64,000 bases of DNA. Origin: Candidatus Aminicenantes bacterium (GTDB lineage Bacteria; Acidobacteriota; Aminicenantia; Aminicenantales; JAFGBC01). The number at the start of each line of letters is the position of its first letter. The first letter of the stretch is position 1. The stretch covers positions 1,120,001 through 1,184,000 of the forward strand of contig OY969696.1 in assembly GCA_963702005.1 (NCBI GenBank), written 5' to 3'. Position numbers and translations under genes: made by a program. Below the pieces are notes generated by a model. That model was not told the DNA's origin. It searched no databases and worked only from the letters and a program-made list of their open reading frames with translations. This document shows, piece after piece, positions 7,234 through 17,253 of this stretch.

Positions 7234-10014
7234 ATGAATAATAACAAAGGGCCCGTCCTCGTCCCGAGCGGACGACTCCGCGAGCGGGTCAAGGAGCTCG
7301 AGTGCCTCCAGGCCGTCGTGGAGATCATCGACACGCCCGGCCTGCGCTCCCATGAGGTCCTCCAGGGCGTCGTCGATATCATCCCCTCCGGCTGGCAGTA
7401 TCCGGAGCAGTGCCGGGCCCGCATCAAGTACCGGAAGGCTGTTTTCCATACGCCCGGCTTCGTCGAAACCCGCTGGATCCAGCGCGTTCCGCTGAAAGCC
7501 CACGGGGTTCCGGTCGGGGCCCTCGAGGTTTGCTACTTCGAGAACGTCTCGAACCGCGAGGACCCCTTCCTGCTCGAGGAGAAGAAGCTCATCGCCCTGA
7601 TCGGGAACCGCATCAGCCGGCTGATCGAGGACTGGGAAAGAGCGGCTCTGCCGGCCGCACCGGCCGCCGGGGCTGGTCCCTGTCCCAAGCGGAAGACCGA
7701 GTGGAACGTTATCATGGACCTCCTCAAGGAGACCGACGCCATCCTCTACAAGCGGATCCTGCGCCGGCTCATGAACCACCTCCACTGGCAGGGCGTCCCG
7801 GGCGTCCAGGGTCTTCTTCTCCATTTCGCGCCCGAATTCTATCCGGGGGAACCCGAGGCGCCCCGGGACGAAAACCAGCCGCTCCCCAAACGGAACGTCG
7901 AAACCCTGGAGAGGGTGTTCGAGGAGGCCCTCTGGATCGCCTCGCTGGCCATCCCCGACCGGGAGTTGTCCGACCTCCTCAAGCAGTGGATGCGCCAGGA
8001 CAAGCTCGGCGACTTCATGCTCGCGACCGAAAAGCGGGATATCTCCCTGGTCGAGCTCAAGGAGATCGTTAACCGCTTCACGCGGACGACGGCCGAGGAC
8101 GAGCAAGCCCTGTCCCGGGCCGACGACCTCCAGGCCCGGATCGCCCTCATCCGCCGCTTCCTGAGCGAACGGCTGCCCTTCATCCGGATCGCCAAGGAGT
8201 TCATCTCCATCCATAGTTTCGGCCGGGTCTTGGCCCGCGTCGCCGGCCCCAGCCAGGGGACGGGCCGGCTGGGAGGAAAGGCCGCCGGCATGGTCCTGGC
8301 CGATCACATCCTCCGCAAAAAATCCGGGGAGAATCCGGCCATCGGCGAATTCCGCGTCCCCGACACCTGGTTCATCGCTTCGGACGGGGTCATGGATTTC
8401 ATCCACTACAACTTCCTCGAGGACCTTCAAAGCTTCAAGTTCTCGCCGATCGAGGAGGTCCGCCATAACTATCCCTATCTCGAGCAGGTCTTCAAACACT
8501 CCTTCTTCTCGCCCGAGATCCACAGCCAGCTCAGGCTCATCCTGGACGACATGGGCGAGGGACCGCTCATCGTCCGCTCCTCGAGCCTTCTCGAAGACAG
8601 CAAGAACATGGCCTTTTCGGGGAAGTACAAAAGCTTGTTCCTGGCCAACACCGGCCCCAAGGAGGAGCGGCTGGCGGCTCTCCTCGACGCCGTGGCCGAG
8701 GTCTACGCCTCGCTCTTCAACCCGGACGCCATCCAGTACCGGGCCGAGCGCGGGCTCCTCGACTATTACGAGGAGATGGGCGTCCTCGTCCAGAGGGTCG
8801 TCGGGCGCCGCGTCGGCCGCTTCTTCTTCCCGGCCTTCGCCGGGGTCGCCTTCGGCAACAATGAATTCCGCTGGTCGCCCCGGGTCCAGCGCGAGGACGG
8901 AGTCCTCCGCCTGGTGGCCGGGCTGGGGACGCGGGCCGTCGACCGGGTCGGGAACGATTATCCCGTCCTGGTCAGCCCCGGCCAGCCCGGGATCCGGGTC
9001 AACGTGACGCCCGAGGAGGTCCTCCACTACGCCCAGAAGCACGTCGACGTCATCAACCTGGAAACGGGGCGTTTCGAGACGCACCCGATCGACGAGATCC
9101 TCAAGGAGGTCGGCGCCGACTTTCCGCTCTGGGACCGGATCCTATCCGTCAGCGACGGGAGCACGGTCCGCCGGGCGAATCGCGCCCTGGACCGCCCGGA
9201 CCGGGATGACATGGTGGTGACCTTCAACGGCCTCATCGAAGGGACGGGATTCATCAAGCAGATGCGGGAGCTGATGCGGGCTCTCCGGGACACCTTCGGG
9301 ATGCCGATGGACGTCGAGTTCGCCCACGACGGGGCCAGTCTTTATATCCTTCAGTGCCGGCCCCAGAGCCAAGTCGATGACGAGGGGCCGGTCGAGATCC
9401 CGGCCTGGGTTCCCGAGCGGCGAAAGCTTTTCTCCGCGAACCGCTACGTGACGAACGCCCTGGTTCGGGGGATCCGGACCATCGTCTACGTGGACCCGGA
9501 GCGATACGGCGAGATGTCTTCGCTTGCCGACATGATCGCCGTCGGCGAAGCCGTCAACCGGCTCAATGCCCTGCTCCCCCCCAAGTCGTTCATCCTGATG
9601 GGTCCGGGGCGGTGGGGGAGCCGCGGCGACATCAAGCTCGGGGTCCGGGTCACCTACTCGGACATCAACAACACGGCCATGCTCGTCGAGATCGCCCGCA
9701 AGGTCGGCAACTACGTCCCCGACCTGTCTTTCGGGACTCATTTCTTCCAGGACCTGGTTGAAGCCCGCATCCGCTACCTGGCCCTCTATCCCGACGAGGA
9801 GGGGGCGATTTTCGCCCAAGATTTCTTCAGCAAGACGCCGAACGCGCTGGCCAAGCTCCTTCCCGAGTACGAATATCTCTCGGACGTCGTCCGGGTGATC
9901 GACGTCGCCGAGGCGGCCGGCGGCTGCGAAGTTCAGATCGTCATGGACGCCGAGAGCGAACGAGCCCTCGGCTTCCTGGCCGACCAGAAGCCGGGGTCCT
10001 GCCAGGGGCCGTAG
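7234..10014 (+). CDS. PEP/pyruvate-binding (PPDK_N ATP-grasp) domain protein with N-terminal GAF-like domain
   Basis: LGGKAAG, IVRSSSLLEDS..AFSGKY, MDVEFA, LQCRPQ, GPGRWGS, LSFGTHFFQDL; start at ATG 7234 after AAGGA. Confidence 0.85.
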   Translation: MNNNKGPVLVPSGRLRERVKELECLQAVVEIIDTPGLRSHEVLQGVVDIIPSGWQYPEQCRARIKYRKAVFHTPGFVETRWIQRVPLKAHGVPVGALEVCYFENVSNREDPFLLEEKKLIALIGNRISRLIEDWERAALPAAPAAGAGPCPKRKTEWNVIMDLLKETDAILYKRILRRLMNHLHWQGVPGVQGLLLHFAPEFYPGEPEAPRDENQPLPKRNVETLERVFEEALWIASLAIPDRELSDLLKQWMRQDKLGDFMLATEKRDISLVELKEIVNRFTRTTAEDEQALSRADDLQARIALIRRFLSERLPFIRIAKEFISIHSFGRVLARVAGPSQGTGRLGGKAAGMVLADHILRKKSGENPAIGEFRVPDTWFIASDGVMDFIHYNFLEDLQSFKFSPIEEVRHNYPYLEQVFKHSFFSPEIHSQLRLILDDMGEGPLIVRSSSLLEDSKNMAFSGKYKSLFLANTGPKEERLAALLDAVAEVYASLFNPDAIQYRAERGLLDYYEEMGVLVQRVVGRRVGRFFFPAFAGVAFGNNEFRWSPRVQREDGVLRLVAGLGTRAVDRVGNDYPVLVSPGQPGIRVNVTPEEVLHYAQKHVDVINLETGRFETHPIDEILKEVGADFPLWDRILSVSDGSTVRRANRALDRPDRDDMVVTFNGLIEGTGFIKQMRELMRALRDTFGMPMDVEFAHDGASLYILQCRPQSQVDDEGPVEIPAWVPERRKLFSANRYVTNALVRGIRTIVYVDPERYGEMSSLADMIAVGEAVNRLNALLPPKSFILMGPGRWGSRGDIKLGVRVTYSDINNTAMLVEIARKVGNYVPDLSFGTHFFQDLVEARIRYLALYPDEEGAIFAQDFFSKTPNALAKLLPEYEYLSDVVRVIDVAEAAGGCEVQIVMDAESERALGFLADQKPGSCQGP

Positions 10015-10030
10015 CCGGCGCGGACGAGCG

Positions 10031-11830
10031 ATGGAGCGCCGCAAGACGATCTTTTTGGTCGAGGACGAAGCCTTAGTCGCTGCGGCTGAGGCGAAGAATC
10101 TCGAGAATGAAGGCTACGAAGTCCTCACGGCCAAGTCCGGCCGGGAGGCGGTCGAGACGTTCAGGGCGTCCGCGGAAGGGATCGACCTCGTTCTGATGGA
10201 CGTCAACCTGGGGCCGGGTCAGGACGGGATCGAGGCGGCCCGGGAAATCCTGGCCATCCGCGAAATCCCCGTCCTGTTTCTCTCTTCCCATGCGGAGCCG
10301 GAAATCGTCAAGAAAGCGGAATCGATCTCCTCCTACGGCTATGTCATGAAGGATACCGGGCCGGCCGTGCTGTCGGCGTCGATTAAAATGGCCTTCCGTC
10401 TTTACGACGCTCAGGAGGAGTTCCGGGCCAGGGCCCGGGAAGTCGAAGTCGTCAACAGAAAGCTGCGCGAGAGCGAGGACCTCTACCGGCAGTTGTTCGA
10501 GAGCGAATCGGATGCGCTGTTCCTGATCGATAACGAAACCGGATGGGTCCTGGAGGCCAATACGGCCGCCTCCGTCCTTTACGGCTACGGCCGGGACGAA
10601 CTTCTCGCCAAGAGAAACACCGATCTGTCCTCCGAGCCCGAACAAACACAGCAGGTGACGACAACGACTCCTCCCGATCCCGGCCAGGTTGTCTTCATCC
10701 CGCTCCGCTATCACCGCAAAAAAGACGGGACCGTTTTTCCGGTCGAAATAACGGGACGATTCTTTCTCTGGCGCGGCCGTTCCGTCCACATCGCCGCCAT
10801 CCGGGATATCTCCGAACGCCGGCGGGCGGAAGAAGCCCTCAAGCGGAGCGAGGAGAAATTCTTCAAGGCATTCCACTCCAGCCCGGACGCCATCCTCATC
10901 AGCCGGGCATCGGACGGCCGTCTCGTGGAGGTCAACGAGGGTTTTGTTCATCTATCGGGCTACTCTCGGGAGGAAGCGCTGGCCAGCTCCACGGTCATCC
11001 TGAATCTCTGGGCCGATCCCAAGGACAGGGAGCGGGTCCTAGCGGCGCTTAACCGGTCCAAGGGAGTCCGCGGGCTCATATTCCGGTTCCGGACCAAGTC
11101 GGGCGCGATCCTCGATTGCCTCTACTCGGCCGAAATCATCATGCTGAACGACGAAGCGCATGTTTTTTCCGTCGTCCATGACATCACCGAGCGCAAGAGA
11201 GCGGCCGACGCCTTGGCTCGCTCGCTCGCGGACAAAGAGGTCCTGATGAAGGAGCTCCAGCACAGGGTCAAGAACAGCCTCAGCGTCGTCGCGGGCTTGC
11301 TGGGCCTGGAGATGGAAAACCTTGACGAGGGGCGGACACGGAAGATGTTTGAAAGCTTGAGGTCCCGCATCAATTCCATGGGGGCCGTCTACGAACAGCT
11401 CTACCGCGGAGAAGGCCTCGGCCGGATCGACTTTCAAGCCTATGTCCGGAAGCTGACGGCGGCGCTGACCGCTTCCTACGCGCCGGATGGCAAGAGAATT
11501 CAAATTACGACCCGCCTAGCTGAAATGGAGCTGGATCTGAAACGGGCGGTGCCGTTGGGCCTGATTTTAAACGAGATCATCACGAACGCCTTGAAACATG
11601 CCTATCCGTCGGAACGAACGGGCGAGATCCGCATCGAGCTCGGCCGGACGGCCAAAGCGGTGGAGCTGCGTGTCTCCGACGACGGCGTCGGCATGGAAGA
11701 GGGAACGCGGCTGGCCGGAGAGCCGGGGGCGGGCCTGAAGCTGATCAAAATGCTGGTCGAGCAAATCGACGGACGCGTCACCTACAGCAGCGGGCCGGGG
11801 ACGACGGCGGTCGTCACCTTCCGGCTTTAG
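10031..11830 (+). CDS. receiver-PAS-PAS histidine kinase (HisKA_2 type)
   Basis: LVEDE…LMDVNL receiver; two PAS/PAC domains; ELQHRVKNSL; NEIITNALKHA; DDGVG. Confidence 0.92.
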   Translation: MERRKTIFLVEDEALVAAAEAKNLENEGYEVLTAKSGREAVETFRASAEGIDLVLMDVNLGPGQDGIEAAREILAIREIPVLFLSSHAEPEIVKKAESISSYGYVMKDTGPAVLSASIKMAFRLYDAQEEFRARAREVEVVNRKLRESEDLYRQLFESESDALFLIDNETGWVLEANTAASVLYGYGRDELLAKRNTDLSSEPEQTQQVTTTTPPDPGQVVFIPLRYHRKKDGTVFPVEITGRFFLWRGRSVHIAAIRDISERRRAEEALKRSEEKFFKAFHSSPDAILISRASDGRLVEVNEGFVHLSGYSREEALASSTVILNLWADPKDRERVLAALNRSKGVRGLIFRFRTKSGAILDCLYSAEIIMLNDEAHVFSVVHDITERKRAADALARSLADKEVLMKELQHRVKNSLSVVAGLLGLEMENLDEGRTRKMFESLRSRINSMGAVYEQLYRGEGLGRIDFQAYVRKLTAALTASYAPDGKRIQITTRLAEMELDLKRAVPLGLILNEIITNALKHAYPSERTGEIRIELGRTAKAVELRVSDDGVGMEEGTRLAGEPGAGLKLIKMLVEQIDGRVTYSSGPGTTAVVTFRL

Positions 11831-11856
11831 GCGCGACCGTCCAAAGGAGGTTTTGA

Positions 11857-13209
11857 GTGTTGAAACGTTTCGTCCTGGTCCTTAGCCTGGCCGCTCTGCT
11901 CCTGGCCGGGAGCGGGCTTGCCGCGAAGTCCGAGTCCGGCTATCCCTCGGTCCTGAGCATTCGGGAGAGGGCGGCCCTGGTCAACGCCGTCGCCCTGAAG
12001 CGCCTCGAGCGGCTCCTGCCCCGCCTCATGAGGGAGACCGGGTTCGACATGTGGATCGTCGCCTGCAACGAGGACAACCTCGACCCCGTCTTCGAGACCA
12101 TGATCCCCTACGAGAACTGGTGTCCGATAACCCAGATCCTCGTCTTCTACGACAAGGGCCCGGACAAGGGCGTCGAACGGCTGAACTGTTCGCGGACGGA
12201 CACGCAGGGTCTTTTCCAAAACGTTTGGGACGCCGCCGCCTGGGATTCCAAGAAAGGCGAGAGCCAGTGGGACTGCCTGGGGCGGATCGTCCGGGATCGG
12301 GACCCGCGCCGGATCGGGATCAACGAAGGCGAAGTCCAGTGGGCGGCCGGGGCGCTGACCTCCGTCCTCAAGAAGCGGCTCGTCGAAGCGATCGGGCCGA
12401 AATGCGCGGCCCGGCTCGTCTCGGCCGAGCCCCTCGTCACGCTCTGGTTGGAAACGCTCATCGACGAGGAGGTCGAGATCATGGAGCGGGCGGCGGCTCT
12501 CTCCCGGGCGATCATCGCCGAGATGTTCTCGAGCCGGGTCGTGACCCCGGGCGTCACCACGACAGACGACCTCCGCTATTTTTATTGGCAGACCGTCGCC
12601 GACCTCGGCCTCAAGGTCTCCTTCAGCCCCTTCGTCAGCATCCGGGGCCGCGACCCCAAGGTCCTCGAGGAGCGCGGGAAGGACGACAAGGTCCTCCGCC
12701 CCGGAGACCTCGTCCACTGCGACGTCGGGCTCAAATACATGCGTTGGAATTCGGACCACCAGGAGATGGCCTACCTGCTGAAACAGGGGGAGACGGAGGC
12801 GCCCGAGACGTTCCGCAAGCTCATGGCCGAAGCCAACCGGCTTCAGGATGTCTACTGCGGCGAGTTCAAGGCCGGGCTGACCGGGAACGAGCTTCTGGGC
12901 CGTATGCTCGGCAAGGCCCGCGAAATGGGAATCCCCGGGCCCAAAATCTATTCGCATTCTCTCGGGCTTTTCCTCCACGAGCCGGGACCGCTCATCGGAT
13001 TGCCCTGGGAGCAGGTCAACAACCAGGGCAGGGGAGACGTCAAGCTGGTTCCCAACAGCTGCTTCACCGCCGAGATGAGCGTCACCGCGCCCGTCCCGGA
13101 ATGGGGCGGGAAGGAGTTCCGGCTCCCGCTCGAGCAGGATGTCGTCTTTACGGAAGCAGGGGTCCGTTTCCTGGCGGGACGCCAGACGGCGTTCCACTTG
13201 ATCCGCTAG
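11857..13209 (+). CDS. exported M24 family (Xaa-Pro) metallopeptidase
   Basis: signal peptide; HCDVG…SDHQ…HSLG..LHE.GP…AEM…LEQD pita-bread fold ligands. Confidence 0.85.
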   Translation: MLKRFVLVLSLAALLLAGSGLAAKSESGYPSVLSIRERAALVNAVALKRLERLLPRLMRETGFDMWIVACNEDNLDPVFETMIPYENWCPITQILVFYDKGPDKGVERLNCSRTDTQGLFQNVWDAAAWDSKKGESQWDCLGRIVRDRDPRRIGINEGEVQWAAGALTSVLKKRLVEAIGPKCAARLVSAEPLVTLWLETLIDEEVEIMERAAALSRAIIAEMFSSRVVTPGVTTTDDLRYFYWQTVADLGLKVSFSPFVSIRGRDPKVLEERGKDDKVLRPGDLVHCDVGLKYMRWNSDHQEMAYLLKQGETEAPETFRKLMAEANRLQDVYCGEFKAGLTGNELLGRMLGKAREMGIPGPKIYSHSLGLFLHEPGPLIGLPWEQVNNQGRGDVKLVPNSCFTAEMSVTAPVPEWGGKEFRLPLEQDVVFTEAGVRFLAGRQTAFHLIR

Positions 13210-13254
13210 CGGACGGCCGCGGGCTTCCGCGTATCCGCGACGGACCCCGCGCGA

Positions 13255-15033
13255 TCAGTAGCTCAGTCCGGCCCCGATCGGATAGCGGTCGCTGACCGCG
13301 ACGGGAAGCCGCCCGGTCGGCTTGATCTCGCCTTTGAGAAGCTTGATGATCGAATCGAAATAGACCGCCTGATTTCCGAACCAGCCCCGCTCGCCGTACC
13401 CGACCAGGAAGGCGGGGGCGTTCTCGATCTTCCGCAGCAGGTGGGGATTGCCGTAAGACATGAGGAGGACCGCGCCGGGCTTGGCCGCGATGATCTTTTG
13501 GATGAAGGCCAGGTCCCCATCGCGCAGGGGCGCGGCCTCTCCCAGGCGATCCCGCTGGACGAACAAGGATACCATGACGAGACCGGCCTCGAAGGCGGCC
13601 TGCCGGGCTCGTTCGAGGACGGCGGGATCCAGGTCGGGACGAAACACGAAGTTCTGGGTTCCCGGGAAGGCCGCGGCCAGCTTCGCGGCCAGGGCGGCGG
13701 GCGCCGGGTCGTTATCGAGCTTCTGGATGCTGATGTTGACCAGGCTCGCCAAGCGTTCCGTCGGGACGGGCAGGACGCCCTCGTTCTTGAGAAGCGTGAG
13801 GGAGCGGTCGGCGACCTTCTGGGCGACCGCGAGATGCGCCGGCGTTCCGACCATGGCGTTGATGCGGTCTTCGTCGACGAACCTGTTTTGAGGAAGGCCC
13901 AGCCGCGCCTTCAAGGTCAGGAGCTTGCGCACGGAGGCGTCGATCCGGGCTTCCTTGAGCCGGCCGGAGCGGACGGCGTCCGCGAGGGCCGCGATCGCCG
14001 CCGCCGGGTCTTTGGGTTTGAGGACGATGTCATGGCCGGCCTCGACGGCCCTGACGGCAACTTCGGCCGCCCCAAACCTCTTGACGACCTGATCGTACCA
14101 GAGGTCGTCGCTGGTGAGGATGCCCTGAAATCCGAGCTTGTCTCTGAGCCAGCCCGAGGCCAGCTTCCCTTCGACGCTGGCCGGAAGCTCGGAGCCGTCC
14201 GTGACCGAAGGGACGGCGATGTGCTCGCTCATCACGTAGGCCACGCCGGCTTCGATCGCCTGCTTGAAGGCGCGGAATTCCTGTCCCTCGACGGCCGCCG
14301 CGGGCTTGTTAATCCAGCTCCACTCGGGCGTCGCGGGCATCCGCTCGACATCCCCGCGCCCCGGAAAGTGCTTGGCCGTCGTCAGCATGCCGCTGTCGCG
14401 ATAGCCGCGCACGTAGGCCCGGACCATCCGGCCCAGGAGGTCGAGGTCGCCCCCGAAGGAGCGGACGCTTTCGGCCGGGTTGTCGGGACGGACCGCGATG
14501 TCGACGACCGGGGAATAGGTCAGATAGATGCCCATGGCCCGTCCTTCGATCCCCCCGATCCGGGCCGCTTCATACATGAGGGATTCGTCGCCGGCCGCGG
14601 CGAAGGCCATGTTGGCCGGGAACTCGGTCGCGCCGGCGATCTGCTGGCCCGGCCCGCCCTCGAAATCGGCCGCCATCAGGATCGGGATCCGGGCTTCTTT
14701 CTGGAGACGGTTGAGTAGATGGGCCACGTCCTTCGGGGTGCCGCCGTAGAGGACGAACCCTCCGACGCCGGAATCGCGGGCGAGCTTGACCCAGGACGCG
14801 AGTCGGGGGTCGTCGTCCGCGATGTATCCGCCGGCGATATCGACGCAGATCATCTGGCCGATCTTTTGCTCCAAGGTCAGCGACGCCAGCGTGCGGGCCG
14901 CCCATTCCGCCGCTGCGTCCTCGGAAACGGGAAGGGAAGAAGGCCGGCCGCCGGCCGGCGACAGCGCCGCCAGGAGCAAAGCTAAAAGTCCGGCCGGGGC
15001 TGTTTTTTTTAAGGAGCGCGCTCGTTGTCTCAT
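13255..15033 (-). CDS. glycoside hydrolase family 3 (beta-N-acetylhexosaminidase-like), exported
   Basis: LTLEQKIGQM, AADFEGG, RSFG, AKHFPGRG, FQGILTSDDL, plus GH3 C-terminal domain. Confidence 0.9.
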   Translation of the reverse strand: MRQRARSLKKTAPAGLLALLLAALSPAGGRPSSLPVSEDAAAEWAARTLASLTLEQKIGQMICVDIAGGYIADDDPRLASWVKLARDSGVGGFVLYGGTPKDVAHLLNRLQKEARIPILMAADFEGGPGQQIAGATEFPANMAFAAAGDESLMYEAARIGGIEGRAMGIYLTYSPVVDIAVRPDNPAESVRSFGGDLDLLGRMVRAYVRGYRDSGMLTTAKHFPGRGDVERMPATPEWSWINKPAAAVEGQEFRAFKQAIEAGVAYVMSEHIAVPSVTDGSELPASVEGKLASGWLRDKLGFQGILTSDDLWYDQVVKRFGAAEVAVRAVEAGHDIVLKPKDPAAAIAALADAVRSGRLKEARIDASVRKLLTLKARLGLPQNRFVDEDRINAMVGTPAHLAVAQKVADRSLTLLKNEGVLPVPTERLASLVNISIQKLDNDPAPAALAAKLAAAFPGTQNFVFRPDLDPAVLERARQAAFEAGLVMVSLFVQRDRLGEAAPLRDGDLAFIQKIIAAKPGAVLLMSYGNPHLLRKIENAPAFLVGYGERGWFGNQAVYFDSIIKLLKGEIKPTGRLPVAVSDRYPIGAGLSY

Positions 15034-15111
15034 ATTCCTCCTTTGTCGCCGCCAAAGGTATCATGTTCCTGCGATTCCGATCAAGGGGCGCCGTTTTCCT
15101 CCGAGCCGCTA

Positions 15112-15305
15112 CTGAAGCTCCACGTGAAAGCCTGTGGAGCTTCAGCCCCGAACAAGCCCAGCCCTGCAGTACTCATACTAAGCCGTTTCCGGCTTAGTAT
15201 GGGTGCCGGCATTCATGCACTCATGAACCAGAAACGGTTCATGAGTACTGGCGCTCCAACGAGCATTAGTCCGTGGAGCTTCGGCCGGGGTGTCGAGGGG
15301 TTGAC
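15112..15305. repeat. composite cluster of REP-like palindromes (BIME/REPIN-like)
   Basis: hairpins ctgaagctccac/gtggagcttcag (15112-15145), catactaagccg/cggcttagtatg (within 15167-15206) and an inverted related unit actcatgaacc/ggttcatgagt (15217-15250); 15157-15205 matches 28590-28638 at 44 of 49 positions. Confidence 0.8.
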
Positions 15306-15371
15306 AACGTCCGCGGCCGGCCTCATCCTAAGAAGGAATTTTCGGAATCCCGCGAGGAGAAAGGAGTGCCG

Positions 15372-15482
15372 ATGCCGACCAGAGTCACGGCCAAGGCGAC
15401 CTATCTGGGCAAAATGAAATTTTCGGGATCGGCCCGGGACAACCCGGCCGTGCCCGTGGCGTCCACGATCAGGATCGAGTGA
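15372..15482 (+). pseudogene. probable internally deleted OsmC-family gene remnant (36 aa)
   Basis: strong RBS (GAGGAGAAAGGAG); MPTRVTAKATYLGKMKFSGSARDNPAVP resembles an OsmC/YhfA N-terminus, joined directly to a C-terminus-like VASTIRIE. Confidence 0.45.
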
Positions 15483-15486
15483 TCCG

Positions 15487-17253
15487 ATGTCCACGCCGAA
15501 AAACAAGCGTTTCCGGGGGGCGATGGCCGGGATCGTTCTTCTGGCCCTGTGCTGCGGGCTTTCTTGCCGGACGGCCGATTCGACTCCGGTCAAGGCCGAC
15601 CTCATCCTGACCAACGGCGCCGTCTACACGATGGACGCGGCGCGGAGCTGGGCCGAGGCCGTCGCCGTCGCGGACGGAAAAATCGTCTACGTCGGAGACG
15701 CGGCCGGGGCCGGACGATTCCGTTCGGAATCGACCCGCGTCGTCGACCTCGGCGGCGGGACGGTCCTTCCCGCCTTCCAGGATTCCCACATCCACCTGGT
15801 GAGCGGGGGGATGGATCTCAGCCAGTGTCTCCTCAACGAATTGACGACCCGGGACGAGGTGTTCGCCCGGATCCGCGAATACGCGGCCCGAAATCCCGGC
15901 ACGGCTTGGGTCGTCGGCAGAGGCTGGGAGCTGCCCGTCTTTCCCGCCGCCAATCCCTCCAAACAAGACCTCGACCACCTCGTCCCGGACCGGCCCGCCT
16001 GCATGACCGCCGCGGACGGACATTCGGCCTGGGTCAATTCGCGGGCCCTGGCCCTGGCCGGGATCACGCGGGCGACTCCCGATCCCAAGTACGGCCGCAT
16101 CGAGCGGGACCCGAAAACCAGCGAGCCCTCGGGGACGCTCCGGGAGGGCGCGGCCGGCATGGTCGAGCGCCTTATCCCCGAGCCGACGGCCGAGGAATAC
16201 CTCGAGGGCCTCCGAAAGGGGATGGCCCTGGCCAACCGGCTCGGCATCACGTCCATAATCGATGCCAGCGTCGACGATAAAATCCTCGAAGCCTACTGCG
16301 AGCTCGACCGCCGGAATGAACTTACGGTGCGGGTCCTGGCCTGCCTGGAGGTCGACCCCGAAAAGGATGTCGCCCAGATTCCGTCTTTGATCGAAAAACG
16401 AAGGACGAGCCAGGGCCGCTTCCTCAAGGCAACGGCCGCTAAAATATTCGCCGACGGCGTCATGGAGTCGGGCACGGCGGCTCTCCTCGAACCCTACCTC
16501 AACCGGCCGGGCGATCGGGGCCCGACCGACCTGGAGCAGGACTTGTTCAATCGCCTGGCCGTCGCCCTCGACAAGGAGGGTTTCCAAATCCACGTCCACG
16601 CGATAGGCGACCGGGCCGTTCGGATGACCCTCGACGCTTTGGAGGCCGCCCGCCTCGCCAACGGTCCCCGCGACGCCCGGCATCACATCGCCCATCTCGA
16701 GCTCATCGACCCCGCGGATATCGTCCGCTTCCGGCCGCTCGGCGTCGCGGCCAACTTCCAGGCGCTCTGGGCCTGGCCGGATTCCTACATCACGGATTTG
16801 ACCCTGCCGGTGCTTGGCCCGGCCCGCTCGCGCTGGCTCTACCCGATCGGGAGCGTGGCCCGAACCGGAGCCGTCATCGCCGGCGGCTCCGACTGGCCGG
16901 TGTCCTCGATGAACCCGCTCGAGGCCGTCCAGGTCGGCGTCACGCGAAGCCGGCCGGACGACGAAGGGGGTGCCCCCTGGATCCCCGACGAACGGGTCGA
17001 TCTGGCGACGATGCTGGCCGCCTACACGATCAGCGGCGCCTTCCTCAGCCGCGAGGAGGACGTCCGCGGCTCGATCGAACCCGGCAAGCTGGCGGACCTT
17101 GTCCTCCTAGACCGGAATCCGTTCGATGGTCCGCCGGTCCGAATCCATACCGCCAAGGTCTTAAAGACTTTTTTAAACGGCGTGGAGATCTATCGCAGCC
17201 AGGAGGAGAAAAGCGTCCTCGCCGGACTTAAAACGAAAATCCCTTTTCCGTGA
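15487..17253 (+). CDS. YtcJ-like amidohydrolase (amidohydro_3), probable lipoprotein
   Basis: [47 protein letters not shown]; signal peptide with Cys. Confidence 0.92.
   Translation: MSTPKNKRFRGAMAGIVLLALCCGLSCRTADSTPVKADLILTNGAVYTMDAARSWAEAVAVADGKIVYVGDAAGAGRFRSESTRVVDLGGGTVLPAFQDSHIHLVSGGMDLSQCLLNELTTRDEVFARIREYAARNPGTAWVVGRGWELPVFPAANPSKQDLDHLVPDRPACMTAADGHSAWVNSRALALAGITRATPDPKYGRIERDPKTSEPSGTLREGAAGMVERLIPEPTAEEYLEGLRKGMALANRLGITSIIDASVDDKILEAYCELDRRNELTVRVLACLEVDPEKDVAQIPSLIEKRRTSQGRFLKATAAKIFADGVMESGTAALLEPYLNRPGDRGPTDLEQDLFNRLAVALDKEGFQIHVHAIGDRAVRMTLDALEAARLANGPRDARHHIAHLELIDPADIVRFRPLGVAANFQALWAWPDSYITDLTLPVLGPARSRWLYPIGSVARTGAVIAGGSDWPVSSMNPLEAVQVGVTRSRPDDEGGAPWIPDERVDLATMLAAYTISGAFLSREEDVRGSIEPGKLADLVLLDRNPFDGPPVRIHTAKVLKTFLNGVEIYRSQEEKSVLAGLKTKIPFP

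Noticed and set aside
15112-15305. CRISPR array or tRNA
   Set aside because: Units are non-identical palindromes in mixed orientation without regular spacers; no cas genes; no cloverleaf.
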